Assembly (NCBI GenBank): GCA_965178125.1
Contig: OZ237766.1
Location: forward strand, 434,001-498,000
Length of the DNA stretch: 64,000 nt
Direction: 5' to 3'
DNA from: Bilabrum cf. latius
Lineage: Eukaryota
Below the pieces are notes generated by a model that saw only the letters and a list, made by a program, of their open reading frames with translations, searched no databases and was not told the DNA's origin. A program made the position numbers and the translations under genes. Each line of letters starts with the position of its first letter. Position 1 is the stretch's first letter. Below, one piece after another: positions 63,879 through 64,000 of the stretch.

Positions 63879-64000
63879 ATGTCTCCCTTTGTTGCCCAAT
63901 CACTGCACCGCAGTTCGTGAGTCAATGGGATGCTGATCGATGCAGCAGAACAAGGCATGCCCTTGTGTAATCGGTTTAGCTTCTGATGATGATGTCCCTT

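Noticed and set aside
1-64000. tRNA (including suppressor tRNA-Gln CUA), rRNA or CRISPR array
   Set aside because: None recognisable by eye; a tRNAscan-SE/Infernal run would be needed to exclude them formally.

Overview
Gene-dense eukaryotic (protist-like) genomic DNA with short GT-AG spliceosomal introns and no prokaryotic features. The key observation is a non-standard nuclear genetic code in which TAG is read as glutamine. TGA is the dominant stop (16 of 17 complete gene models), TAA is at most a rare stop, and I found no in-frame TAA inside coding exons. Once TAG is read as Gln, the fragmented ORF track collapses into about 18 coherent genes: a TPR-like protein, a dynamin/Mx-like GTPase, a ~6,300-aa multi-pass surface receptor (one ~18.2-kb exon with a near-perfect in-frame 2,457-bp duplication), a CaaX-ending LRR protein, three tandem paralogues of an unrecognised family, GH30-like and GH79 glycosidases, a sulfatase, RPL18A, STRAP, Rab1, two divergent Rab1-derived GTPases lacking terminal cysteines, a coiled-coil protein, a GTF3C2-like protein and an ankyrin fragment. 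Two dispersed non-coding repeat families are also present. Gene models were assembled by eye, so exon boundaries are provisional, and the organism cannot be identified from this window alone.
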